From NCBI GenBank assembly GCA_011109175.1, contig RDEW01000061.1:124001-188000 (forward strand): a stretch of DNA of 64,000 bases, read 5' to 3'. This DNA is from Dicyema japonicum. Its lineage: Eukaryota; Animalia; Dicyemida. Both the position numbers and the translations under genes were made by a program. A model generated the notes under the pieces. That model had not been told where the DNA came from. It saw only the letters and a program-made list of their open reading frames with translations, and did no database searches. Below, piece by piece: positions 38,769 through 50,598 of the stretch (position 1 is its first letter; each line of letters opens with the position of its first letter).

Positions 38769-38870
38769 CTATTCTCACTTTAAATGGAAATAGTCTCATT
38801 TTGAATGGAACTATTCTCACTTTGAATGGAACTATTCACATTTTAATACAACTATTCTCATGTTGAATGT
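38769..38870. repeat. Degenerate 21-bp minisatellite (4-5 units)
   Basis: Units like CTATTCTCACTTTGAATGGAA. Confidence 0.7.
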
Positions 38871-39407
38871 GAAATAGTATAGAGTCAAATTCGGAAACGA
38901 AAAACACCCTAATCTTATATTAAAAATTATCTTCTTAACTATGCTTGCCCCAGCGGGTCTAACTTTATCTCCTACTTAACCATAGCCAAATTAGATTCGA
39001 ATAATTCAATTTTAGAAAATTTTGTTACTTTCTGATATAAAAGCATAGTTGAGGATCTCCAAGACTAGATACACACATGTGGGTGGGATTATTATACGGA
39101 TTAATTAGCCATATCATATTTTGTTTGATATCATATTTCGTTTGATAATTTAGAAACCGATTGTTTTGATTATGAGCAATTATATATAAGGTGCTCAAGA
39201 AATAATTCAAGGTATCGAAGGCTTTTTTGTTCTTTTTGTTCGCTGTGAAACCTTGAAATGATCCGGCTCCACAGTGATAAACCACTGATGACGGAGTCGC
39301 TCGTCAATTCTAGAAGAATCGTAGATCCGTGGAACCTTCAACCGAAATAGGTAGCAGTGAGATTCGAACCAAGAACCAGTTGGATTTGGTCAGGTACTTT
39401 TATACTA

Positions 39408-40910
39408 TGTCACATGGGCCAAGCGTTACCTATGGGCAGCCTGTTACATTAACCTTGAACCAAGATTAACTTCAATTAATTTTATAAATGATTTATTAAC
39501 CACAAAAAATTAAATTTAAGTAACTATTTTTTAGTAAACTCATTAATACAGTCGATATTTCTTTTTTCGAATTTTTTATTTATCAAATTAAACTATTTAA
39601 AACTACCTCCACTCGATTATTCGATAAAATATTAATTATTTCTGCAACTGGATAATACTGAGACTCAAACTTATCCAGTCGCAATGAGGGATTTGTTCCA
39701 AAGTCCTTTTAGCCCGAACCTATTTATTAATGTTTTTGATTCATACTTTATCTCCCATGTTAAAAGTATATTTACTTTTATGAACATTCATTTTCCTGTT
39801 CATAGCTTTGTAATAATTAGAATTTTCTTCAATCGATTTAATTTCGAAATTGAATCTCTTCGCATTCGGACACAAATTATCTGACTGGGAATTATCTAGA
39901 TATAAATTTTTAAAATCAAACTACGTGAATTTTCAATAGATTCTGGAGTCGAAAAATTAACCAAATCGTCAATTTGTTCTGGAATCGCACACTCATCACT
40001 TAAATTATCTAAGTCATAATGTGATATAAGTATAACCATTAATTATTGAATTTATTCCTTAATTCCTCGATATCTTTCGATAGGACTTTCGTTAGAAAAT
40101 GAATGGACCGATATGTTGTAACTGTAGACAGCACTTTCTAATTTATCAAGCCACTTTTTTCACTATTATCCAGCATTTTTGACAACTTCCTCGTGATCGT
40201 ATGATTAAATCTTTCGACAATTCCTTGTGCTCGTGGATTGTTAGGCCTTCCGTGAATTTGCTTAATGTTAAAATCTTCGCAAGTTTTGTTATTTCTTGAT
40301 TTTTAAAATTCAGAACCATTGTCCGACTGAAGAAATTTACATGGCCCATTCAGGCGGAACAAAGATCTTAAGTTTTCACATACTTCTATACCAGACTTAT
40401 TATAGAGTGCTCGTACAAAAGCGAATCTATAAATTAAAAAAAAAAACAGCCTACTATATATGTCAATGACCGTTAAAAAGATTTTCGGGAAATTTATCAT
40501 GCAAAGCATCTTTTAAAGTTCGATATTCAACGCAATCTTTCACAAAACCCTTGTAAGAAGCCATTGCAACAAAATAATCTTCCATGCTATAAATCACGCT
40601 AGAAATCTAGGTTTACCACTATAAAAAATAAAATCTTTATAATCATAACATTTATGAATAAAAAACTAATTTAACAGGATTAAATCACGATATAAATCGG
40701 ATATACAAAATTAAATGTCGGATAATCCAATGAGGGACTCATCCTCACCTTTGTCGGTCTGGGATCACTTAGTTAGATGAGAACTTTTATTTCTTTCTTT
40801 TTGACCCAGTGATCCTGGGGGTAATAAAAAATGTCGGATAATCAAAAGACCTTTTCAAGGTCGAAAAAATGTAACAGGCTGCCCATGCGTTACGCGCCGC
40901 CCATGTGACA
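39408..40910 (-). mobile_element. Ginger-type (rve integrase) DNA transposon, defective
   Basis: ~43-bp TIRs TGTCACATGGGC...GGGCAGCCTGTTACATT. 5-bp TSD TACTA (39403-39407, 40911-40915). Integrase core LTVIDIYSR|FAFVRAL...LQSDNGSEF...YSYN...ESP. No LTR, gag or RT. Confidence 0.85.
40728..40828 (+). mobile_element. 101-bp LINE 3'-end insertion within the Ginger-like element
   Basis: 15-bp TSD AAATGTCGGATAATC (40713-40727, 40829-40843); matches the LINE 3' ends at ~3690-3750 and ~47825. Confidence 0.75.
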
Positions 40911-41236
40911 TACTAAGCTATCCGGCCAGAATATATATATTTTCATTAATTTTTAAAATAAATTAATAGCTTTAATAAAGACAAAATAAAATGAACAAAT
41001 GATCAAACAGTCAGACGCCGTCAATTTTTGCGAGTTGATCACATTTGGTTAATAGGGAGCAGTCTTCACGACATATGCAAGCCTCTTTGCATTAATTTTA
41101 TTTGTGAAATCTTGTTGTGACCGAAGAGAACTATGAGATAAAAAAATTAATAATATTAAAATTATAATAACAAATATTATTCAAATATTTTTTTAATATT
41201 TACCCAGGTTTGCTGCTTTTAACATAAATGAGGTGA

Positions 41237-42500
41237 ATGTACGAATATCTTTCTCAATTTGAGCTTGAACGTATACGTTCTCATAAATACAGAAGTTCTG
41301 GTGCTTCTATCGCAGATAAATTTATGCAACGTTTTTGGTGCTCTGTCGTAAATTATTTACCAATTTGGATGGCTCCAAACCTGATCACTCTTATTGGTTT
41401 AGGCTTCAATCTTCTATCAATTTTTATCATGATCGGCTTCAGTCCACGTGGCACATCAAATGTTTTTATACAATTCACCTTTTTAGATTCCTTCTTGGAC
41501 CCTCTTCTTTTCTGCCTTTTGTCTTTTTGCTTATCAAACTTTGGACGCTGTCGATGGTAAGCAAGCAAGAAGAACAGGTTCATCTTCTCCTCTCGGAGAA
41601 CTATTTGATCACGGGTGTGATGTCATTTCGACTGGTATATAATTTACATGAAATTTAGTAATTTGTTCGATTGGATTAATAATAACTTTAAAATTTGGGT
41701 CAGAGCCTATGGTTGCCTTCATAATTGTCTTTATTCCCCTCGCAGTATTTTACATTTACCATTGGTTTGTGTATGTGAATGATACTCTTGTCTGTGAAAG
41801 TTGATTTTTTTCACATAACCTAGATTTGACGTCACTGAAGCTCAGTTTGTTTTAATGTTGGTCTACTTAATCTCTGCCTATTTTGGTCAAGACTTTTGCT
41901 TTATGTAATTTTTATAACAAATTAGACTTATTTTGGAATTTCACTGCGAATTTATATGTTCATTATCATTACTGTAATGTCTGGGCAGACTGCCTTGCAT
42001 AAAATTTCTATAATTCTAAATGGGGAGTTGGTCGAAATGGATCTACTGTGGCGGTTTCATGAGTTCTATTTATTAAAGGAGACCAGCGTTATTTCTCCCG
42101 GAATCCCTATAATATCCTCAATTCTATTATCATATATGGTTGTGTCATACTACTATGAGTTTATTCTCAATAATCCACTGTTTGTTGATTCTATCAATCG
42201 CCCCTATTAAACAGTCAACAGATATTATTGTGAGAACCAATTTTTTACTTTAGTTAAGAAGGATGGCTCGAAGTCCCTTGATTCTGTTTGATTCTTGTCT
42301 GATTACATATTTGATTTTGTTGTTATTTTACTTTTTGTCTCCTAAAATCGAGCTTTTGGGGTTTGGTGTTGCGGTGGTCTTGTTTGTATAATTTTAGTGT
42401 GCTTTGGGTTATGGATTATTTTATTTACATTTTTTCTCTGTGCAGGCAGATCAGTACCTTTCTTGGAATTTATATTTTGTCAATAAAACCTAATGAATAA
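41237..42500 (+). CDS. CEPT1: Choline/ethanolamine phosphotransferase (CEPT1/CHPT1 family)
   Basis: [17 protein letters not shown]-alcohol phosphotransferase motif [33 protein letters not shown]. Introns 41462-41486 (25 nt), 41635-41658 (24 nt) and further tiny introns. Confidence 0.9.
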
Positions 42501-43329
42501 CATATTCGATTTTATTTTCATGAACTCTGAGTTTTTTTTAATTATTATGTTATAAAATGACTAATTACAGAAATTACTTTTTTCTTTAACGTCTACGTCC
42601 ATAACCTTTAAGTATGTGTATTCATGCATTTTTTGTTTAAAAATCTCTTAATTGTTTCATACAAAAAATGTTTGATTTAATGACTTAAAATTTCTTCTTC
42701 ATACAAAAATTTTGAAAAAAATGAATTGACAATCATTTCGGACCGTTAATCAAGCGATTAATTTGTCAGAAAGTAAGGTGATGTACTCCTATTGGATGAA
42801 TGTCTACTTGGCCTCATGATAATTAAAATCCCGTGTCTTACTACTTTTTGTGAGTATGGACGGGGTGAACATAGGAAATTCGAACTTGATTGTTTATGAT
42901 TCTAGCGCTTAACAAACTTTGTCATTAAAAGGAAAGTAAAAAAGGATTTTTAGGCTTCTACCTGCCATAGCTTGAAATCTCCTCCTACGACCTCGGATCC
43001 CTCTTATAATTCATTTCGCACAACGATGTAGGAGTCAAGTATCGCATTTCTCTTCAGAAAGTTTTCCATCTTTCTTTCTGTCACTTCACCGGCTGACACT
43101 AATATCCGATCTTCATCCTCATCTAAAATCTCGTTGAGTCGCTTGCGCAGGGCAACCTTGATTCTGCTTACCTCGAATTTTTTGAAAAAGCGAGATGACA
43201 TATTTTAAAATCCGCCAGAATACAATTTCTCAAGTCTGTATAGGAGCGATGAAATGATTACTTGATTACACAAAAAATAGATAAAACATATTCACTTCGA
43301 GATTAATAAATCTACGTGATCGGGATATA

Positions 43330-44365
43330 GAACAAATCCCAAAGGGCTATTATGGTTACACGCTGACCCTGGGAGAAGGTATCTTGATACCTATACAGAA
43401 TGCGAATAAACCAAGATCTTAGGTGTAGAACCTCCGTCCGGTCATATTAATGAATTCACTTAGGAAAATTCTGGCGAACATAACACTACAAAGGATGGAA
43501 GGACGCCTAAATACTTTTCTGTCGCTATACCACAGCGGATTCCGAAAAGGAAGATCTACTTCCGATGTTTTGTAGTTCCACAAGTGGAGATCTGCGGCCG
43601 TTCAAAAGTTCAAAATGTTTAAAACCATCCTCGGAATCGACATTTCGAGGGCCTTCAACTCTGTTGACAGACGGAGGCTAATACTGGTTTTGGAAAGTTT
43701 CCTAGACGGTTCCACTGTCAGAATGGTCACCACCCTCCTAGCTGATACTTGGCTCACTGTAAGAGTCGGGGGATCCTTGTCTCGCCGATTTGAGACGACT
43801 GTTGGAAACTCCACAGGGAGACCCATTATCACTTATACTTTTTGTCATATACCTTGAAGCTGCTTTACGGAGTCAAAATCGATAATGGGTAAAAAGACAA
43901 ACATTATTGGGTATGCTGACGACGTAGACTTTATTTCAAACGACAAAATACCACTCACCCGCTTGATGTAAGAAGTGCCTGGAAGACTAGCGAATGGTTC
44001 CTAACAGTAAATCCGGACAAGACTGAAGTAACTGAACTCAAGAGAAAAGAAACAAGGACGGAGGAGTACTGGCGCAAGTGCAAAAAGCTTGGCTCCCTCC
44101 TAGGAGACCATGAAGAAATTACGAGAAAGGAAAACTTTAGCACAAACTGCCTTTTCCAGATCAAAGAAAACCTGGCTCCACAAAAAGGGCCCCTGACATT
44201 ACAACAAAAACTTGATTATACAACTCACTAGTGAAACCCATACTACTATTTAACGCTGGTACCTGGGCCTGCTCAAGAAATGAACTGAAGAGGCTTAATG
44301 CGCTTCATAGAGACCAACTACGGCATATGACGTTCGAAAGAAGTGATACGAGGATGTCATCTAAT
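43330..44365 (+). mobile_element. Second copy of RTE-C, truncated at both ends
   Basis: Colinear and highly similar to the reverse complement of ~15570-16570. Confidence 0.88.
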
Positions 44366-46520
44366 GCTGCCAACACATGGACATGGTTCTCTCTGAGTAC
44401 TCCACGGATCATAACATCCATCTCATCATACTCTTTGGGCTCAAACTCCACAACACCTATGTAGTAGTTTAGCAGCGAGACAGCATACTCATTTAATGCT
44501 AGGAACAAATTCCTTGCATTTAGAGACGTCTTACACAATAACGCTGCTCTTTTACGGATGCCTTCAGTAATTTGTCGCTTTGTCTCAGGCATTATAAGGG
44601 ACTTTGGAGATTCGGTAACACCCAGATACTTATATCCTTCGTGTTCCTCTAGGACTCTTACTAACTCGCTACATACTTGCGTGTTAGTCGCAGACTTTGA
44701 ATAATTCAAATCTAGCCCTATACTCTCAAAGAATTCCCTGGCACAGACCCCCATGGAGTAGAGCTCCTCGGCTGTTCGAGCATACATCTTCAGTCATCGA
44801 TAAAAAGAAGGTGATTTGTACTGAAACAGACCCCTTCACAATGAACTGGTATTTGCTCAAACCGGTCATTGAGGCGGCGACTCAATGGCTCCAAACAGAG
44901 AACAAAGAGTAGCGGAGACATGCTATCCCCTGAAGGATCCCCCTCTTGAGTTTTACCTCGCCTATCCGGTGCCTATTATAGTTCAGATGAATACTCCACC
45001 TATTCATCACAGCCACTACAAAGCTGATGAACCACACAGGCATACACAGACTGTGTAGGCACTCGACAAGGTAAGAATGATCAACTGAATCGTAAGCCTT
45101 CTTCACATCCACCCACATAGACAAAAGTGAGTTTCCGTGAGACACAGAAAGGCATTTGTTGATCAAAGCCTGCTCTTTTGCCCCCTGACAATTTCGCAAG
45201 TTCCCAACTGATTCTCGGAGAGAATCCCATTTGCGTCTACAAAGCTCCTGACCTCATTAGCCACCAATTTGGTCATCAGCTTATACAGGGTTGGCATGCA
45301 GGTTATCGGTCGATAATCTGCAGCAGACTGGGGGTTGTCCAGCTTTGGGATCAAATAAGTTGTCCCTGTGCATGCCCAATCAGGAATCGTTTCCGGGTTA
45401 GTGATGCTTTTCTGTAATACACGACACATAGACTCGTGTAATGAAGTGCATCTTTTGATAAAGAAATTATAAACTTTATCGACCCCGGTCGTCTTCCAAT
45501 CAGGGAGATGTCTCACTACCGCCTCAAATTTCTTGCGAAAATCGAAAATTCCGCAAGATTCCGCCAAGAAAGGAGCGGCGCTGTACGGGACATTCCACGC
45601 ATTTCCTCTGCGTGGTTTAGCCTCCCACATACTACCCCATGTGGAAAGCATTTCCGCGTCCTGCTGGGAACATACACTATGGCCATTTTCGTGTAGGCGA
45701 CGGTAAAACAATCTGCGATTAAACTCAAACAGATTATTTTCTCTCCTTCTCTTACACCGACTTTCATGTGTATAGAGTTTCCTCTTATACACCATTATTG
45801 CCCCCTCTAACTCCACCTTTGCCCTCCTCAACTCTTTGAGGTCCCATTTGGGAACACGGAGTTTACTAATTAGCCCCTTTACTATAGCCGGTGCTTTTCC
45901 TCTAACCCCTCTCGCCACACTACTTATGTGCCCCTCCAGTGCTTCCAGCTCAGTCTGTCTCCAAGCAATCTTGGCACAGATCTGCTCCCTCCATTTACTG
46001 GGTGGTCTGGGCTTGTCCGTCAATTCCTCATAGGTGATCTGTGCTGCATACAGCACTAGGGAGATGTCACCCAATGACCCTACTGGCTTAGCCTCCACCG
46101 CATAAGCCACAGCCTTATTGATGCAGGTTAACACTCACCGTTAACCTTACAATGAGGAATCTTGCGGGTAAATCTACGGTCCTCAAGTGGGACATCTGCC
46201 GCTGCAGCGAGATTCCGCGCAAAGACCTCATAAACATGCTTGAGCTGCAACGTATCACAGCTCTGGTGCTCGTGCTCTCTTTGACAGTTGTGGTCACCTG
46301 GTCCCCGCCCCTTTAGACCAGTACCCTCTTTGCCTACAGCCATCTTCTTGAGTTCACTCACAGATATAGCAGTACTGAATCTGCCACTGCAGAGCTCCGC
46401 CAAGTATGGCCATCCATTCCAGGGCATTCGAGATAGCCTGCTACGTACCTGCAGGACTACCTGCCTCGCCCATTCTTTTGGGTCATCTGCCACAACGCTC
46501 TCGGATATGGCAAGAAATTA
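44362..46520 (-). mobile_element. NeSL/R4-like (RLE-type) non-LTR retrotransposon, 3'-truncated
   Basis: WKTTGVDKVYNFFIK, GTTYLIPK, YRPITCMPTLYKL, GAKEQALI, DVKKAYDSVDH, RGILQG, FIDD, YKYLG. Confidence 0.85.
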
Positions 46521-46669
46521 CATTCATCTAATCCGAATAAACAAAACTCTACGAAATGGTGAAGATCTTGACTCACTACGAGCAATGGCCCGGAACAGAG
46601 GAACATGGAAGAGGATGTGTGGGAGGATAGTGGACGTGGCACAAGGGAACTTAATTAATCTAATTAATT

Positions 46670-47225
46670 GTGTGCGAAAGAAAATGCCGCTGTGGACGTT
46701 GGATCGATCCTTTTGGTTATCATCCCTTGTCATGCCAAGATGAGTGCGGGTCGTTTCCCCAGGCACTCCTGTCTTAACATGACATTAAAGAATTCCCTTG
46801 CCTCTGCTGGACACCATTGCCTGTTAGAACCTGCTGGTCTTTTCCGAAACGATGGAAAACGCCCTGATGAGATGACGACTTTTCCATTCGCCAACGGACG
46901 AAACCTGATCTTGGACGCGACGTGTGTTGATACTTATTCCCCGTCTAATTTGGTTGCTTCTTGCTTCAGACCCAGGACATGCTTCAAAGCAGGCTGAGGA
47001 ACGAAAGAAGAGTAAGTACCAGAGAATTTCGGAGGAGTATCTTTTTGTTCCATTCGCGTGGAAACGTCAGGAATCCTTGGCCCCCAAGCAGATGAGTTGG
47101 TTCGTAAGATCGGCTCCATGATTCAAGCTGTGACCAAGGATCCGCGAGAGACTGGTTGGTTCCGAGAACGTATCTCGTTGGCTATTGTTAGGGGAAATAG
47201 CATGGCCGTCAGATGCCTTAATTTA
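46670..47225 (+). mobile_element. CRE-clade 3' fragment (RLE domain)
   Basis: GRFPRHSCLN...LEPAGLFRNDGKRPD...LILDATCVDT, ETSG.LGP, RISLAIVRGNS. Confidence 0.85.
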
Positions 47226-47289
47226 ATTTTTATTCATTTGATAATAAAATTTTCAATTAAAAAAAATAAAAAAAATAAAACTAATTGAT

Positions 47290-47760
47290 TTTCTCGTCCC
47301 ATCTGCCGACACATGGGTCGATAAAGTCACTAAGGCTTTTGTCGAATCCGATATTCCCTTGCATAAGCTGAACAGTAAAAGCTTATGAGACTTGTTTGAG
47401 AGTATTGGACACAATCTTCCTTCTACTTACGCTTGCCGAAAAAGTGTAGAAAATTTATGTCAGAAGCAGCTTGACAGAATTAAGCTATTTTTAGGATTTA
47501 TTTGCATTTATTATAGACTTGAAAATTTTTTTGTTTTGATTGACGAAACTGATATCCGGGGACAGAAATAAAATATTTTTAATATCTTGTCGTCCATTGT
47601 CTTCTGCGGCTAACTCGTCGATTGTCTGTCAGATAATTGACGATGTGATAAGGGATTTTGCGATAGATAATTTTGTATTACTGGTATCTGATGCAGCCAG
47701 ATATATGGTAGCTGCCGCACATGTATTGAAGGTTTTATACACGAGGTCAAAATTTTGAAA
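47290..47760 (+). mobile_element. hAT-like transposase fragment
   Basis: AFVESDIPLHKLN, IDETD, LLVSDAARYMVAAAHVLKVLY. Confidence 0.7.
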
Positions 47761-47819
47761 TTTAAGATCAATAAAGTCAATTTTTAGGTCAAAATTTCCG
47801 ATTTATAAAGTCAAAATAA

Positions 47820-48870
47820 TCGCTCTAGTGATCACAGATCGATAAGGGAGAGGATGAGTCCGGCGGAGTTGAGAATCATGTACTGCTCTTCTCATTGTAC
47901 ATCGGCTCAAACTTTTTATATGTTTGTAAATAGTATACGAAACAGGGGGTAGCTCGATAGATTGGCCGCCTTAAGAGTTATTGTTGTAATTCAATTCCAA
48001 TAGACTGAATCTTTTGTTATTGTTAATAATCTTCATTGAAGTCTTCTGTACTGCGGATAGTTTCCGAGATGATGAGCGGGAAATCGACATTGCCCACAAT
48101 GGACTCGCATTAGTCATCTTGGGTCTAATAAATTGTTCATAAACTGTGTCAAAGTGCTCAGATTTGTTATTAAGTGTCTTTGAAAGCATTTTTAGGATTC
48201 TCATTTTGAGATCATTGTTTTCAACATGTCGGATTAAAGAGACCCGTTGGTCGAAGGTGACTCCGAGAATAGTTTGTGTACTGTTTGGTGGTATCACATA
48301 GTTGTTGAGTATGCCTTTTGGTTGGATATGAGTGTCTTTTGCAAGGAGTGAAAAGTGTCGCGAACAATTTGGAAGGGGTGTAAGATGCACAAATCCAGTG
48401 ACAGCTTAATAGTCTTGATGTCGTCGATGTATGATAGAAGATAATCATCTTTGGGTGGGATTGTATGTCAAACTAAATAGCGCTGGTGATAATCCCTGGG
48501 GAACTCCATTCGACAGAAATCGTGGTTTTGACTTTATACCGAAACATAGGACTTGTCCACGTTTTGTATTTAGAAAATTGGAAGGCCAAAGTTTTAGGTT
48601 GGGTGAATGTGCGTTTCGAATATTGAGTTTTCGGAGGACATAATTGAAAGCCTTCGTAGTATTGATTGGTATAAGGACAGTCCTCCGATGTGTTTTGAAC
48701 CCTTCTGCAATAAATTGGGAGAGTGTTGTAAGGTCGTGGAGTGGAAACTGAGAAAAACGTGTTGGAAAGAGGACATAGGAATTGAATCCTGAATATGTTC
48801 TAGAACAAGTCTTTCAAGGATTCTGAAAAGTGATCATAAGATTGAAATAGGACGAGAAGGTTCATTTTCA
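47820..48870 (-). mobile_element. Degraded Ingi/I-like LINE remnant
   Basis: GVPQG.LSPALF, ILGVTFD, YEQFIRP; shares the family 3' end. Confidence 0.7.
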
Positions 48871-48879
48871 GGTTTGTTC

Positions 48880-50230
48880 AGTTTGCGTACTTCTGCGATG
48901 CATGATTTTTTTTCATATTTCGGAAATAGTGTTAGTGTTTACAGACAAATTGAAAATGATGGTTGTCAGTTCGATAGCCTGAGGACCAAGTCAAAAATGC
49001 AGTGGTGCAGAGGAAAGTGTGTTTTTCAACGTCACATTGAGACAGACATACATGCCTTGGGAAACGGCCCGCGTTCAACCTAGACGAAAGTTGATGGTAG
49101 CCACATGGATCGATTAAACGTCCACAACGAAATTTTCGCTCCGCATACACTTTAAGAGGAGGCTATTCTCACTGCCTCATCTTCCACCAGGTTGCCAATC
49201 TCAGCACAATGGTAAGCATTCAGCCAGACACACGCTGAATGACAGCTAGCCGTTTTGAGATGTGCAAGTTCTTGTATCCCCAGTGCCTGAAGCAATCCAT
49301 AATCATCAAAATATATATTTAAAATCGATTCAAGGTTTGACTTAATTTCACGATCAGAGAAAGATAGGAGATCTTCATCATAACAAGAGGAACTTCGGAA
49401 GTTGAAAAGCATTTTGGGAAGCAGGAGACAGTTTTGAACTTAAAAAGTCAAAGATTTCTGTCCAGAAAGATCAATCAGCTGGCAAACCTGCAAGAAGCTT
49501 TTTTTGTCACTTAACGACTCCCTTATGTGATAATTCTCTATTCCAAATCTAAGGAAATACATAGAGCAGAGGTCCGAGTATATCTTCCATTTGTTTTCTG
49601 AAGAAGGCAAACGATTCTGCAATCACGTTCAAGTTAACCGCTTCAAATTTCTTTATGTTAACTTCAAGTCCAATCCTGTGACAATTATCGGAAATCAGGT
49701 TACTTTTGAAATGACGTTTTCAGGGCTACCTCCAAGGATGCAATCATCCAGTACCATAAACTGATGGGAGTAGAAATATCTTTCACAATATGATCGATCG
49801 TCAATGAAAAAAGAAGGGGACCAAGTTGGTCACCCTTTTGTACTCTTGTCTCAGAAAAAAAGATTTCATTCCCAAAAACGAATGGGGAAGGACTCGAATA
49901 TGATAGGTGGACAAAACAATATATTTCCTGTATTCTTTTTAACCAAACATTGTGGATGATTTCTCTTCTGACCGAGTTAAAAACCGAAAAGGACACTATC
50001 CTCAGCTTCAGATGATAGCATGAAGAACTCTCTAATCGCATGGACCTCCACTTCTCATTCGTCTATGACTCCTGCGTCCAGCTGTAATGCATACAAATCG
50101 TCAAAGATATTCGAAATGACTGATCGATATACAATCTTTCTAGAAAGAAGAATGAAAGCTTTGCCAACTGCAATAAAACGAATTCCACCATCTTTTCTAG
50201 CGCAGTTAAATTTGCATAAAATATGAGTTT
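48880..50230 (-). mobile_element. Degraded CRE-clade RT and zinc-finger remnant
   Basis: DGGIRFIAVG, VQKGDQLGPLLFSL, WLNAY..EIGNLV, GRFPRH. Confidence 0.75.
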
Positions 50231-50598
50231 GTAGCCAAAATCAGATATAATTCAGAAAACAACGCGTTCCCAAGATCCAGTATTCTTCGGAATAGAAATA
50301 TAGCGGGTTTACCGACAGATTGAAATAAAAGGCCCATGAGATGTCCTGGTTTAAGCCCATCGACTCCCCCACTAGTGCTCTTTCTGAATGATCGGAAAGC
50401 ATCACGAAGATCAATGAAAGAAACGTCCTTCGAAAAAGGATTTGCTTTAAAATATCTAATTCTTTGCGAAAATTATATTCAATTATTTGGTAGAAAAACA
50501 CAAAAAATAAATAATTTTATTAAAATAGCGAATATTAATTAGAATATATTCTCAGGATATTTACTCATGAATAGCAACCCTATGCCTATTCACCGATC

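Larger units (their letters stand above)
39200..40927 (-). mobile_element. Second tRNA-SINE subfamily, split in its tRNA head by the Ginger-like element
   Basis: Rejoined minus strand reads GGCCGGATAGCTTAGTA...GGTTCGAATCTC, then GGTTCCACGGATCTACGAT...TGACGAGCGACTCCGTCATCAGTGG, homologous to the body of the SINE at 5109. 3' boundary uncertain. Confidence 0.75.

Noticed and set aside
44355-46535. TCATCTAAT at both sides of the NeSL/R4-like element as a TSD
   Set aside because: The two flanks belong to different RTE families and do not rejoin into one element.
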